This document shows, piece after piece, positions 35,982 to 46,187 of a DNA stretch of 64,000 nt. Source of the stretch: a virus (lineage: Duplodnaviria > Caudoviricetes). The stretch is from IMG/VR virus record IMGVR_UViG_3300022074_005559. The stretch is one strand, 5' to 3'. Numbering within the stretch: position 1 is the first letter of the stretch; each line of letters begins with the position of its first letter. Both the position numbers and the translations under genes were made by a program. The notes below the pieces were generated by a model, which saw only the letters and a program-made list of their open reading frames with translations, made no database searches and had not been told where the DNA came from.

Positions 35982-38641
35982 TGAGTTATGTAGACGCATG
36001 GTTCGATAGAGAACGTGACAGGATACATGTAGTCGAACGTGTAAATGGAAAGCGAGAGTATCGCGAGTATCCTGCCAACTATGTGTTTTACTATGATGAT
36101 CCACGTGGTAAACATCGTACTATCTATGATAAACCTGTGAGTAGATTTGCTACACGCAATCGCAAAGAGTTTCAACGTGAACTTAAAATACACGGCGGCA
36201 AGGGTGTATGGGAAAGCGACATCAATCCTGTGTTCCGTTGTTTAGCGGACAACTATCTCGGAGCAGATGCTCCTAAACTACAAACTGCTTTTTTCGATAT
36301 TGAGGTAGACTTCCACAAAGAAAAAGGCTATAGTAGTCCTGAGGATCCTTTTAATCCTATTACAGCAATCTCAATCTACTTAGACTGGACAGACACACTT
36401 GTTACATTGGCTATCCCGCCTGGTGGTATGACAATGGAAACTGCTAAGGATCTAACAAAACGTTTTGATAACACATATCTGTTTACCAGTGAAGCAGAGA
36501 TGCTACAAGTGTTTTTAGACTTGTTAGAAGATGCAGACATTGTAAGTGGATGGAACAGTGAAGGTTATGATATTCCTTACACAGTAAACCGTATTACTCG
36601 TGTGCTTAGTAAAGATGATAACCGAAAGTGGTGCTTGTTCGGTCAACAGCCTAAGAAACGCACATTTGAACGCTTTGGTAAAGAAAGTCAAACATTTGAC
36701 CTAGTAGGGCGTGTACACTTGGATTACATGCAACTGTATCGCAAGTATACATACGAAGAGCGTCACAGTTATACACTGGATGCTATCGGTGAACATGAAC
36801 TAGATGAACGCAAGGTTGCATATGAAGGTACACTGGATCAGTTATACAACCAAGACTTTGAAAAGTTCATTGACTATAACAGACAAGATACTGCACTGCT
36901 AAACAAACTGGACAAGAAACTGCGATTTATTGACCTAAGTAATGTGTTGGCACATGAAAACACTGTGCTACTAATGACCACAATGGGTGCGGTTGCTGTG
37001 ACAGAGCAGGCTATCATTAATGACGCACATGCTCGCGGTATGGTTGTTCCCAATCGTAAAAACAGAGACGGTGAAAGCACTACAGCGGCAGGTGCATATG
37101 TAGCATATCCTAAAAAAGGATTGCATGACTGGATTGGTGCTATTGACATCAACAGTTTGTATCCTAGTGTGATTCGTGCGCTTAACATGGGTCCAGAGAC
37201 TGTGGTAGGACAACTGCGTCAAACAATGACTGACCATGCAGTGCGCACAAAGATGGCAGACAAAAAGAGTTTTGCTGATGCGTGGGAAGGCGAGTTTGGT
37301 AGCAAAGAGTATCAAGCAGTTATGAACATGGAGCGTGGCACTGAGATTACCATTGACTGGGAGAACGGTGACGAGGATACGCTTAGTGCATATGATGTAT
37401 GGCGTCTTATGTTTGACAGTAATCAACCTTGGACGCTGAGTGCTAACGGAACCATCTTTACATATGAGCGTAAGGGCATTATCCCTGCATTGCTTGAACG
37501 TTGGTACAGCGAACGCAAAGACATGCAAAAAGAATTAAAGAAGGCAAAGGATGAACAAGGCGATGTTGAATATTGGGATAAGCGACAGTTGGTTAAGAAG
37601 ATTAATCTCAATAGTTTATATGGTGCTATTCTTAATCCTGGGTGTCGTTTTTTTGACCATCGTATTGGGCAATCAACAACTCTTACTGGAAGGTGCATCT
37701 CCAAGCGTATGGCTGAAACAGTTAATGGTCTCCTTACAGGAAAAGAAGATCATGTAGGCGATGCCATTGTATATGGCGATACAGACAGTGTGTACTTTAG
37801 TGCATGGCCCATGATGCAAGAAGAAGTAGAAGCAGGTCGGCAAGAGTGGACCAAAGAGATCGTTACACAACTCTATGATGGCATTGCGGATCAAGTCAAT
37901 GAGGAGTTTCCTGTGTTTATGGAACGTGCTTTTCATTGTCCGCGTGAGAATGGTGAGATTATCCGAGGCGGCAGAGAGATTGTTGCTACTAAAGGACTGT
38001 ACATTACTAAGAAGCGTTACGCGGCATTGATATATGACTTGGAAGGTTTCCGTTTGGACACAGATGGCAAGCCAGGTAAAGTAAAAGCAATGGGCTTGGA
38101 TCTCAAGCGCAGTGACACACCTAAAGTAATGCAGGACTTCATGAGCGAACTACTGCTGGATGTACTAACTGGTAGCCAGCGTGAAGAGATCATTGAAAAG
38201 ATCAAAGAGTTTAAGAATACGTTTCATGAGCGTCCAGGTTGGGAAAAAGGCACACCCAAGCGTGTGAACAACTTGACCAAGTACAGTGCAGAAGAAAAGC
38301 GACTGGGCAAAGCAAACATGCCTGGACACGTTAGAGCGGCAATGAACTGGAACAACATGCGTAAGATGAATGGTGACAAGTACAGTTCAGAGATCATGGA
38401 TGGTGCTAAAACTATCGTGTGTAAACTTAAAAGCAATCCACTTGGCTGGACTAGCATTGGCTATCCCACAGATGAAACACAACTTCCGCAATGGTTTAAA
38501 GAACTACCATTTGATGACAGTTTGATGGAAGCAACTATTGTTGATCAAAAGATTGACAACCTGCTCAGTGTTCTTAAGTGGGATCTCAAAGGTGCAACAC
38601 AAACTGCTAACACATTTGACGATTTATTCTCCTTTGAGTAA
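35981..38641 (+). CDS. polB: Family B DNA polymerase with 3'-5' exonuclease
   Basis: FFDIEVD (ExoI), GWNSEGYDIPY (ExoII), DYNRQD (ExoIII), DINSLYPS, KINLNSLYG, YGDTDS, KKRYAA; start at MSYVDAW. Confidence 0.97.
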   Translation: MSYVDAWFDRERDRIHVVERVNGKREYREYPANYVFYYDDPRGKHRTIYDKPVSRFATRNRKEFQRELKIHGGKGVWESDINPVFRCLADNYLGADAPKLQTAFFDIEVDFHKEKGYSSPEDPFNPITAISIYLDWTDTLVTLAIPPGGMTMETAKDLTKRFDNTYLFTSEAEMLQVFLDLLEDADIVSGWNSEGYDIPYTVNRITRVLSKDDNRKWCLFGQQPKKRTFERFGKESQTFDLVGRVHLDYMQLYRKYTYEERHSYTLDAIGEHELDERKVAYEGTLDQLYNQDFEKFIDYNRQDTALLNKLDKKLRFIDLSNVLAHENTVLLMTTMGAVAVTEQAIINDAHARGMVVPNRKNRDGESTTAAGAYVAYPKKGLHDWIGAIDINSLYPSVIRALNMGPETVVGQLRQTMTDHAVRTKMADKKSFADAWEGEFGSKEYQAVMNMERGTEITIDWENGDEDTLSAYDVWRLMFDSNQPWTLSANGTIFTYERKGIIPALLERWYSERKDMQKELKKAKDEQGDVEYWDKRQLVKKINLNSLYGAILNPGCRFFDHRIGQSTTLTGRCISKRMAETVNGLLTGKEDHVGDAIVYGDTDSVYFSAWPMMQEEVEAGRQEWTKEIVTQLYDGIADQVNEEFPVFMERAFHCPRENGEIIRGGREIVATKGLYITKKRYAALIYDLEGFRLDTDGKPGKVKAMGLDLKRSDTPKVMQDFMSELLLDVLTGSQREEIIEKIKEFKNTFHERPGWEKGTPKRVNNLTKYSAEEKRLGKANMPGHVRAAMNWNNMRKMNGDKYSSEIMDGAKTIVCKLKSNPLGWTSIGYPTDETQLPQWFKELPFDDSLMEATIVDQKIDNLLSVLKWDLKGATQTANTFDDLFSFE

Positions 38642-38649
38642 TATACGCA

Positions 38650-38657
38650 TATAAATA
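38650..38657 (+). promoter_or_regulatory. T4 late promoter consensus TATAAATA
   Basis: Exact TATAAATA 18 nt upstream of 38676. Confidence 0.55.
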
Positions 38658-38675
38658 CAAAGCGGAGGATGTTCG

Positions 38676-39656
38676 ATGAAACTTGTAGATAAACTTATAC
38701 TGCTCACACGTTTTCTTAGAGATAACAAGCAGTATGAACTTGACATCGAAGTAACTTTGCAACAGCATCAAAGTTACTGGCAGGATCAGCAACGGTATTA
38801 TAAAGATAAGCGCCGGCATGATAGACTAGACGGCATTTTGCAACAGATGCGAGATTTGCGAGTAGAATACACTAATGCTCTTGCTGATCTAAATCAACAT
38901 ACCGGCAACATGCTTCGCGAAGAAACAGTTGATATACTGCGTAGAGATTATCAAAAGTTCGATACTATTAAGCCAGATTTAGCACTTATGAATGATCGTG
39001 TAGAAGCACTAGATCCAGAGTTTACAAAAAAAGTAAGCAGAGATATTGGATACTACAGCGACTGGCGTTGGGCAGGAGTTGAACTAAATCCAAGTAACGG
39101 GTTACTAACCAGACAGTTTTTATCCTGTGATCCTTTGTATTTGTATACAGATCAGGTTGTTGATAAAGATATTGTAAGAAACAAGTTTAATAAATTTTTT
39201 GCTGAAAAACGTATGATGTTTGTAGACAAGATACATCACATTCCGCAAGGGCACCTAGGGCTTGCAGTTACAGTAAACTTGTTTGAGTTTTGGCCCATGG
39301 ATCCTATCAAAACACATGTAAAACAGGTATATGATTTACTACTTCCCGGCGGACACTTTATTTTTAGTTACAATGATTGTGAACATATAGCCGCACTTGA
39401 TTTGTGCGCAAATGACTATAGAAGTTACAATAGCAAAGAACTAATGAGTAGAATGGTAGAAATGTTTGGATTTGACATAGTGAAAACTGCTGAAGTATGC
39501 AATGGTGCTCATAGTTGGATGGTTGTAAAAAAACCAGGCGAACTTACAAGTCAAAAGCTCACTAGTCCACTTGTCAAGATTGAAACTCCTGAACGCTACA
39601 CCAAAGGTTGCGCTCCAGGCAACCCAAACTATCAACCCGAAAATCATAAAAAATAA
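38676..39656 (+). CDS. Coiled-coil plus degenerate methyltransferase-like domain protein
   Basis: YDLLLPGGHFIFSYNDC resembles MTase motif; no clear GxGxG. Confidence 0.45.
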   Translation: MKLVDKLILLTRFLRDNKQYELDIEVTLQQHQSYWQDQQRYYKDKRRHDRLDGILQQMRDLRVEYTNALADLNQHTGNMLREETVDILRRDYQKFDTIKPDLALMNDRVEALDPEFTKKVSRDIGYYSDWRWAGVELNPSNGLLTRQFLSCDPLYLYTDQVVDKDIVRNKFNKFFAEKRMMFVDKIHHIPQGHLGLAVTVNLFEFWPMDPIKTHVKQVYDLLLPGGHFIFSYNDCEHIAALDLCANDYRSYNSKELMSRMVEMFGFDIVKTAEVCNGAHSWMVVKKPGELTSQKLTSPLVKIETPERYTKGCAPGNPNYQPENHKK

Positions 39657-39657
39657 C

Positions 39658-39686
39658 TTGACTTTCCACCCAAACTTAACTATAAT
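39658..39686 (+). promoter_or_regulatory. Sigma70-type promoter
   Basis: TTGACT-17nt-TATAAT. Confidence 0.7.
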
Positions 39687-39716
39687 AGATACATATTAAA
39701 CATAAAGGACAACTCG

Positions 39717-40448
39717 ATGAAAGATTATCTACTCGACATTGTCAAGCATACACATTCGCTTGGCTTCATTAGTCTTGTAAAAGTTACAGGCACAGACAAA
39801 ACCACAACAATAGAAGGACTTGCAGAAGACCGAAGTGTTATTTTGCAAGCAACTACAAAGACTCCAGTAGCAGACTTTATTGGCACATTTGGTATGCCTA
39901 ATCTGGACAAACTTGGCGTCATCCTGCGTATCCCAGAATACAACGAAGATGCTAAGATCAGTATCAACACACAAGAGCGCAACGGTGAAGATGTACCAGT
40001 TGGCATTCATTTTGAAAATGCCGGCGGAGACTTTAAGAACGATTATCGCTTTATGGCAAGCGAGATCATTAATGAAAAGCTCAAGAGCGTGAAGATGCGA
40101 GCAGTTAACTGGGGCATTGAGTTTGAACCTAGTGTTGCAAGCATTCAACGTTTCAAGTTTATGATTAGTGCTAATAGCGAAGAAACAACATTCCTTGCTA
40201 AGACAGAAGGCACAGACCTTAAGTTCTTCTTTGGCGACCACAGTACACACGCAGGTAACTTTGTGTTCCAACATGATGTAGGTGGTGCTATTACACGTGG
40301 ATGGGCATGGCCCGTTGAACAAGTCAGCAAGATTCTCAGCCTCGGCGGTGATACAACATTTAAGTTCAGTGATGACGGTGTTGCTGAGATTGTTGTAGAC
40401 AGTGGACTTGCAGAGTATCGCTACTTGCTTCCTGCACAAAGCAAGTAA
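39717..40448 (+). CDS. DNA polymerase sliding clamp (gp45/PCNA-like)
   Basis: 243 aa two-domain beta-rich protein near PolB; FGMPNLDKL..YRFM..YRYLLPA pattern. Confidence 0.65.
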   Translation: MKDYLLDIVKHTHSLGFISLVKVTGTDKTTTIEGLAEDRSVILQATTKTPVADFIGTFGMPNLDKLGVILRIPEYNEDAKISINTQERNGEDVPVGIHFENAGGDFKNDYRFMASEIINEKLKSVKMRAVNWGIEFEPSVASIQRFKFMISANSEETTFLAKTEGTDLKFFFGDHSTHAGNFVFQHDVGGAITRGWAWPVEQVSKILSLGGDTTFKFSDDGVAEIVVDSGLAEYRYLLPAQSK

Positions 40449-41065
40449 TGGCAGACTTCTTTCGTCCTCGTTCTTATGCTATGAAAGTTGATCCAACGCT
40501 GAAATATGCGTGGATCAACATTCCTAAAAACGGAAGTAGTTTCATACAAAAAGTACTAGACGACAATGCTTGGAATGATGTACCTGATGACTTAATTAAC
40601 AGCATTGCAGAATCTCCTAGCATAAAGAAACTTGTTGTGTTACGCGATCCTGTAGAACGCTGGATCAGTGGCTTTGCACAATGTATGAGTGATCAACACA
40701 TTGACATATTGGGTTTGCTAGACAATGATAGATTTAAAAGCACTGTTATGCTGAATCCAGTATATGATGATCATACAGAATATCAACATAGATTTATAGG
40801 TAATGCACAAAACTTAGTGTATATCTATATGGCAAAAAAAAGACCTAACGAATTTTATAGACTACTTAGTGCTTGGATTAGAAAAACTGGCGGTGTTGCT
40901 GATTTTGATAACTGGCGAGATCCTGTAAACCCTGCAAAAAATAACGCTAATAAACTTGCAATCTGCAATAAACTTCGTGAACAGTTTTACAAAGACAGAA
41001 CATTAAAAGACTTACACAAGAAAGACTACGAACTGCTTAACAAATATGACAAATTTACCAACTAA
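40448..41065 (+). CDS. Sulfotransferase (Sulfotransfer_2-like)
   Basis: WINIPKNGSSFI (5'-PAPS loop), VLRDPVERWISGF (3'-PAPS motif), HKKDYEL. Confidence 0.7.
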   Translation: MADFFRPRSYAMKVDPTLKYAWINIPKNGSSFIQKVLDDNAWNDVPDDLINSIAESPSIKKLVVLRDPVERWISGFAQCMSDQHIDILGLLDNDRFKSTVMLNPVYDDHTEYQHRFIGNAQNLVYIYMAKKRPNEFYRLLSAWIRKTGGVADFDNWRDPVNPAKNNANKLAICNKLREQFYKDRTLKDLHKKDYELLNKYDKFTN

Positions 41066-42548
41066 CTTAACAGCAAATCAAAACGACTACGCTGTATTTT
41101 TGCCAGCACTCAGTACATTCTATGCACTGTTTGTAGGCAGACAACGCAGAGGTCTACTGCCTTATGATGAAAATCTAAAAGCAAGTGGCACACCTTACAT
41201 TGATTCTGCACGTCTCCCACAGGGGCTGCCGCATGGTGTAGAAGGTCTGAACTGGCTTGCACCCGAAGGACTATGGAAGTACAAGTGGAGCCTACACAGT
41301 GCTGGACATGCTAGTTTGGATCTTGAAAAAGACCTGTATCGCGAAGATATGTATCGTGTACGCAATAGAGAAACCAGTTGGCTGCTAGGCGACTCAGGTG
41401 GCTTTCAGATTGGTAAAGGCAAGTGGGAAGGTGATTGGAGAGCTGGCAGTGGTTGTCCACAAGCACAAAAGAAGCGTGAAGGTGTGCTGCGTTGGATGGA
41501 CAAGTTCATGGACTATGGCATGATTTTGGATATTCCTGCCTGGGTAGACAGATCGCCAGAAGGCAGTGCTGCTAGTAAGATCAGCAGTTATCAAGAAGCC
41601 GCAGATGGCACAAAGTACAACAACGAATACTTTATTAAACACAGAGACGGTAGTTGTAAGTTTCTAAATGTGCTACAAGGCGAAAACTTTGCTCAAGCAG
41701 ATGACTGGTATGAGCAAATGAAACACTTTAGTGACCCTAAACAATATCCAGATGCACACTTTAATGGCTGGGCAATGGGCGGGCAAAACATGTGTGATCT
41801 GCATCTTGCACTACGCCGTGTTGTTATCCTTGGACATGATGGATTACTAGAAAAGGGCAAGCAAGACCTCATGCACTTCTTGGGCACCAGTAAACTAGAA
41901 TGGGCAATGGTACTTACTGCTATACAACGCGGTATTCGCAAGCAGTTCAATGAGAACTTTACTGTAACATTTGACTGTGCAAGTCCTTTCCTTGCTACAA
42001 GCAATGGCACACAGTACACAGGCTACAGACTTGACCACGAGGACAAGTGGAGTTACATTATGGAAAAGTCTCCAGATGATAAAGCACTACATGCAGACAC
42101 TACTCCATATGACGATTATTGTAGTAAACTCTATGACAACTGGATGCCTAGTCCACTCTCATCAATGATGAAACTAAATGACATTACTGTTTATAGTCCT
42201 ACATGTGTAAACCGTATGGGCGAACAAACAAACACTAGTTGGGATAGTTTCAGTTATATGCTGATGATGAATCATAATGTTTACACACATTTACGCAGTG
42301 TGCAAGAAGCAAATCGAGTATATGATGAGGGCAAGTATCCGTATATGTTAGTGAATGACACATTCGATAAACAAGAAGTAAAAGAGGTTATTGCTAGAAT
42401 CTTTGAAATAGATGATCGAGATAAACAACTACAAATGATTGATGATCATCAACGTCTTTGGATGCGTGTAGTAGGTACACGAGGACATGTTGGTAAAAAG
42501 AGTGTGAACAGTAGCGCACAGTTCTTTAGTTTGTTTGAGGAAGCGTAA
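41046..42548 (+). CDS. dpdA: TGT-family 7-deazaguanine DNA transglycosylase (DpdA-like)
   Basis: LGDSGGFQ, MILDIP, NVLQG, GWAMGG, MHFLG, VTFDCASP, MMNHN; no CxCxxC Zn motif. Confidence 0.75.
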   Translation: MTNLPTNLTANQNDYAVFLPALSTFYALFVGRQRRGLLPYDENLKASGTPYIDSARLPQGLPHGVEGLNWLAPEGLWKYKWSLHSAGHASLDLEKDLYREDMYRVRNRETSWLLGDSGGFQIGKGKWEGDWRAGSGCPQAQKKREGVLRWMDKFMDYGMILDIPAWVDRSPEGSAASKISSYQEAADGTKYNNEYFIKHRDGSCKFLNVLQGENFAQADDWYEQMKHFSDPKQYPDAHFNGWAMGGQNMCDLHLALRRVVILGHDGLLEKGKQDLMHFLGTSKLEWAMVLTAIQRGIRKQFNENFTVTFDCASPFLATSNGTQYTGYRLDHEDKWSYIMEKSPDDKALHADTTPYDDYCSKLYDNWMPSPLSSMMKLNDITVYSPTCVNRMGEQTNTSWDSFSYMLMMNHNVYTHLRSVQEANRVYDEGKYPYMLVNDTFDKQEVKEVIARIFEIDDRDKQLQMIDDHQRLWMRVVGTRGHVGKKSVNSSAQFFSLFEEA

Positions 42549-43423
42549 TGAAGGCACTTATTGTTGGCTTAGGGATTGGCGAACTTTATCGTAGTATCTA
42601 CGAAAGCAAGTTGTGGGAAGTTACTACAGTTGACACACACAAGCCTGCAGACTATTGGGACATAGAGCAAGTACAAGGTGAGTTTGATGTTGCACACATT
42701 TGTACTCCAAACTTTACACATGAAAGTATTGCTCGTACTATTGCTCCAATGTGTAAGATTGTATTTGTAGAAAAGCCAGGCTTATGCACAGCAGAAGATT
42801 GGGAAAGCCTGGTTCATACATTTCCACAAACACGTTTTGCAATGGTGAAAAACAATCAGCATCGCAATAACCTAGCAGACATTTATGTGCATGCTCGTAG
42901 CAGTGATGAGATTATTATCAACTGGCACAACTATAATCGTGTTCCAAGTCCAGGCAGTTGGTTTACAGAACGTGACAAAGCATGGGGTGGCGTAAGCAGA
43001 GACTTAATGCCTCATTGTTTAAGTTGGGTACAGATATTTGAGCCAGAGTTTAGTGAGCTAGCGTTTTTCAGTGCTAACACACATCAGCACTATGACTTAG
43101 ATACAGTTGGAAGTACAGACTATGGAACAATAGATCCATACGGAATCTACGACGTAGATGATCAAGCAGACATTGTTTTTAGTAACAAGTGGCACAAGTA
43201 CACTTGCACTACAAGTTGGAAGAATCCTGTTGGCGATAAGATTTGCTTAGAGTTTTATAAACAAGGTAACCTTACATATACAGAGCCACTAGGACTGTGT
43301 CCAGAAGATGCATATGAAAAAATGATTGACACAGCAGTAAACAACTTGTATAATGATACATACTGGAGCAGTGAGCTTCACAGAGATATTTGGATTCATC
43401 AACAACTAGAGTTGTTAAAATAA
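42548..43423 (+). CDS. Gfo/Idh/MocA family oxidoreductase
   Basis: IVGLGIG, HICTPNFTH, VFVEKPG, WGGVSRDLMPH. Confidence 0.85.
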   Translation: MKALIVGLGIGELYRSIYESKLWEVTTVDTHKPADYWDIEQVQGEFDVAHICTPNFTHESIARTIAPMCKIVFVEKPGLCTAEDWESLVHTFPQTRFAMVKNNQHRNNLADIYVHARSSDEIIINWHNYNRVPSPGSWFTERDKAWGGVSRDLMPHCLSWVQIFEPEFSELAFFSANTHQHYDLDTVGSTDYGTIDPYGIYDVDDQADIVFSNKWHKYTCTTSWKNPVGDKICLEFYKQGNLTYTEPLGLCPEDAYEKMIDTAVNNLYNDTYWSSELHRDIWIHQQLELLK

Positions 43424-44343
43424 TGACTAGACTATTATACACCACAGGCGATGGTGTATTTAAAGAAACTGAATACGTTATTGCTCCGTTACAAGACAAT
43501 GAGATTCGTGTTCGAGCTGTGATGACAGGAGTTTGTCGCAGTGATGTTGCCATGATGAATGGCGACTTTGGCCCACTTCCGTTAGGCATGCAAGGACATG
43601 AAGGACTTGCACAGGTTATGGAGTTGGGCAGTGGTGTAAGAGATGTACAGATCGGCGACTTTGTAGCGACTAGAGGCGAGCCGGCATATGCTGATGAGTA
43701 TAATGTACGATCTTTTGAATATGTTGTCGTTCCAGGTAAAGATCCTAAATGGATACTGGAACCTATTGCATGTGGAATCAACTGTGTGTTACAATCGCAG
43801 ACTGCAATAGATTCGCTCTGTGCGAATACAACAACACCACTGCCCCGTGCGGTGATAATCGGCAGTGGATTTCTTGCAAAGATTGTGTTGCGCACATTCT
43901 CTATTCTTTATCCTAACATAAGTGTAGACGTAGTTGGTTCTAGTAATGAAGAATATTTCAGCGAGAATGGTAGTCCACTGTTGGTTGATTTCGACGGCAC
44001 TTACGATATTGTAGTAGACCTTAAAGAAGACGACCGTGTATTCAACACAGACTGTGTAAATGAAAACGGGCTTGTTATTATGGCAACTGAAAAGCCAAAT
44101 GGTGTGGACACAACCTTTAGTCACTTCTTATGGAAGGCTATCACAATGGTGTTCCCAAGTCCAAGAGCTCCAACATTTTATGATGCAATGCTATTGGCTA
44201 GAGATTGGCAAATGGATGACTATTTAGATGTTGAGGACTTTTGGACAAAAGGCTACAATAGAGACACAGAATGGCAGCAAGCATTTGAAGATGCAAACAA
44301 TCGTACAGGCAACTATGGTAGAGGTTATATTCAATGGGACTAG
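43423..44343 (+). CDS. Zn-dependent (MDR) dehydrogenase
   Basis: GVCRSD, GHEG, GDFV, EPIAC, VIIGSGFL. Confidence 0.85.
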   Translation: MTRLLYTTGDGVFKETEYVIAPLQDNEIRVRAVMTGVCRSDVAMMNGDFGPLPLGMQGHEGLAQVMELGSGVRDVQIGDFVATRGEPAYADEYNVRSFEYVVVPGKDPKWILEPIACGINCVLQSQTAIDSLCANTTTPLPRAVIIGSGFLAKIVLRTFSILYPNISVDVVGSSNEEYFSENGSPLLVDFDGTYDIVVDLKEDDRVFNTDCVNENGLVIMATEKPNGVDTTFSHFLWKAITMVFPSPRAPTFYDAMLLARDWQMDDYLDVEDFWTKGYNRDTEWQQAFEDANNRTGNYGRGYIQWD

Positions 44344-44846
44344 ATACTAACAAGCGACAGGAAGTTGTATACTTCACAGGCACAGAAGTAGAACACACAG
44401 CAATGTATGGTGAGCAAACACTGTTTGTTGTTGGGGTACAACCTTGTAATGAAATACAACAACGAGCAGATGCACATGGTATCAAACATTTGTACTTTGG
44501 TACAAGTCAAAGTTTTGCACCTGAGAGCGAAGCAGATTGGACTGCTTGGGAAAACATGATCAAAGCATTGCTTAGTGCAGGCTATTGGTGTACACTAGAC
44601 TATGATGTATTCTATGTTAAAGAAGTATTAGAACTTGGATTTGATGAACACAATAACTTCATTAACATGATTTCAGTTAAACTACCATATATTAAGCAGT
44701 TCAACTACAATGCTACACTGAAGTTAGATGACAACACTTGGGGAGATACTAACTCGGGTGTTTGGTGCCATAGCATACACAGTTTAATGGATCGCCGTGT
44801 GTACACTGATTGGAAAGATTATACAGGAGATCAATCCGTTGACTAG
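44334..44846 (+). CDS. Conserved hypothetical protein in deazaguanine cluster
   Basis: 170 aa; TLFVVG, HLYFG, TNSGVWCH. Confidence 0.6.
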   Translation: MGLDTNKRQEVVYFTGTEVEHTAMYGEQTLFVVGVQPCNEIQQRADAHGIKHLYFGTSQSFAPESEADWTAWENMIKALLSAGYWCTLDYDVFYVKEVLELGFDEHNNFINMISVKLPYIKQFNYNATLKLDDNTWGDTNSGVWCHSIHSLMDRRVYTDWKDYTGDQSVD

Positions 44847-45438
44847 ACTGTTTGCATGTGGAGATAGTTTTACATACGGACATGAACTAAGTGATTGTCC
44901 TAGTAACAACCATCCAACACACAGTATGCTGACTTACAGTGCTTTGACTGCAAAACATTTGGGTACCGAATATGTTTGTTTAGCAGAAGGTATGGCGGCA
45001 AATAATAGTATACTAAAACAGATTGAAAGTGCTGATATCACTGCAAATGATACTGTATTAGTTATGTGGACTTTTGCACAACGTTATGCACTTATGTTAG
45101 ATCAAGGATACTACACATTAGGACTAGACGAACATAAGTGGTGGTGGACAAATGTAGACCAAAGTTCAGAGCAGTGTTTGAATAGGACTACGGATTTTAT
45201 ACTTGCAGGACATCAGATCCTAAATAAAATAGGATGCAACTACATTTTTTTGTGTAATAATATTGAACTACAAAACAAAATACAGTATAATACAAGTTAT
45301 ATAGATACAGAAAGATGGATGTTTCTAGATAAACATGACGAAATGATTAATCACGATTCACCACATACATTACACCCCGGAGACAGTGTACACAATAGTC
45401 TCTATAAACAACTAGTAAAGGCAAAACTAAATGGCTGA
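44797..45438 (+). CDS. SGNH/GDSL-like hydrolase-fold protein
   Basis: FACGDSFTYG, AANN, VMWTFAQR, LHPG..H. Confidence 0.5.
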   Translation: MCTLIGKIIQEINPLTRLFACGDSFTYGHELSDCPSNNHPTHSMLTYSALTAKHLGTEYVCLAEGMAANNSILKQIESADITANDTVLVMWTFAQRYALMLDQGYYTLGLDEHKWWWTNVDQSSEQCLNRTTDFILAGHQILNKIGCNYIFLCNNIELQNKIQYNTSYIDTERWMFLDKHDEMINHDSPHTLHPGDSVHNSLYKQLVKAKLNG

Positions 45439-45913
45439 AATAGATAACATGATGCTTAACGCAATGCGCGAAGATGCAATGAAAACACAGTTAACAAAAA
45501 GCAAAAGAAGTATTTGGGTAACATTCCAAAAGGAAGGTGTACACAAGTATCCTGCTGCTTTAGAAGATCCTAAACTAGCAACAGGAGATTGGGATGATGT
45601 ATCGTTTCTTGGGTATCCTCATCGTCATATGTTTCATTTCCGGGTGTCAATCGAAGTGTACCACGATGATAGAGAAATCGAGTTCATCCAGTTCAGCAGA
45701 TGGTTGCAAAGACTGTACGATATGGGAACAGGTGAAGGAGTCGACGGTGCCGTGGATAAAGTGCTCGATCTTGACTACAAGTCGTGTGAAATGATTGCAG
45801 ATGATTTATTCTTAGAGATCCGTAAAAAGTACGGAGATCAAAGAGAAGTAACTATTGAAGTAAGCGAAGATGGTGAGAATGGTTGCACTGTCTTTTTTCC
45901 TAGAGCCAGATAA
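45431..45913 (+). CDS. dpdL: QueD-like T-fold protein (DpdL-like, putative CDG decarboxylase)
   Basis: LGYPHRHMF matches LxxxHRHxF; DREIEF, SCEMIA, VSEDGENG. Confidence 0.65.
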   Translation: MAEIDNMMLNAMREDAMKTQLTKSKRSIWVTFQKEGVHKYPAALEDPKLATGDWDDVSFLGYPHRHMFHFRVSIEVYHDDREIEFIQFSRWLQRLYDMGTGEGVDGAVDKVLDLDYKSCEMIADDLFLEIRKKYGDQREVTIEVSEDGENGCTVFFPRAR

Positions 45914-45924
45914 GGAGATATACC

Positions 45925-46185
45925 GTGGCTGTAAAATATAATAAAGAAGCATACGACAAGGTCTGGGCTGACCTTGATGATTTTAAACGCTTTTGTAAAG
46001 AGTTTGGATGGGCATATGACGAAGCCGATTTGTATCGTGCTGAAGCACCTGCTTATGCAGAGTATACTCGCTTTAAGCAAGGTACTCGTATTCCTAAAAA
46101 CTGGATGCGGGATGCCAAGTTCCGTTTGAACCAGTATCGCGATAATAATCAAAAGGGTGGTCGCTACAACAGCGGTCGTAGGTAA
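45925..46185 (+). CDS. Hypothetical protein
   Basis: 86 aa, AAGGAG SD, GTG start. Confidence 0.6.
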   Translation: MAVKYNKEAYDKVWADLDDFKRFCKEFGWAYDEADLYRAEAPAYAEYTRFKQGTRIPKNWMRDAKFRLNQYRDNNQKGGRYNSGRR

Positions 46186-46187
46186 CA

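Noticed and set aside
37180-37460. Insertion in PolB between motifs A and B as possible intein or intron
   Set aside because: Short, lacks the C/S start, HN end and LAGLIDADG motifs, and the frame is continuous; treated as a lineage-specific insertion
39729-40439. Long minus-strand ORF (236 aa) opposite the sliding clamp
   Set aside because: Exact antisense shadow of a well-supported gene, with no motifs and no SD; the same applies to 43272-43895, 53811-54659, 56514-57173 and other minus-strand track ORFs
41046-42548. Canonical tRNA-guanine transglycosylase (tgt)
   Set aside because: Lacks the CxCxxC zinc site, is longer and divergent, sits in the replication module, and no Q-type tRNAs are in the window; DpdA-like is preferred, though not proven
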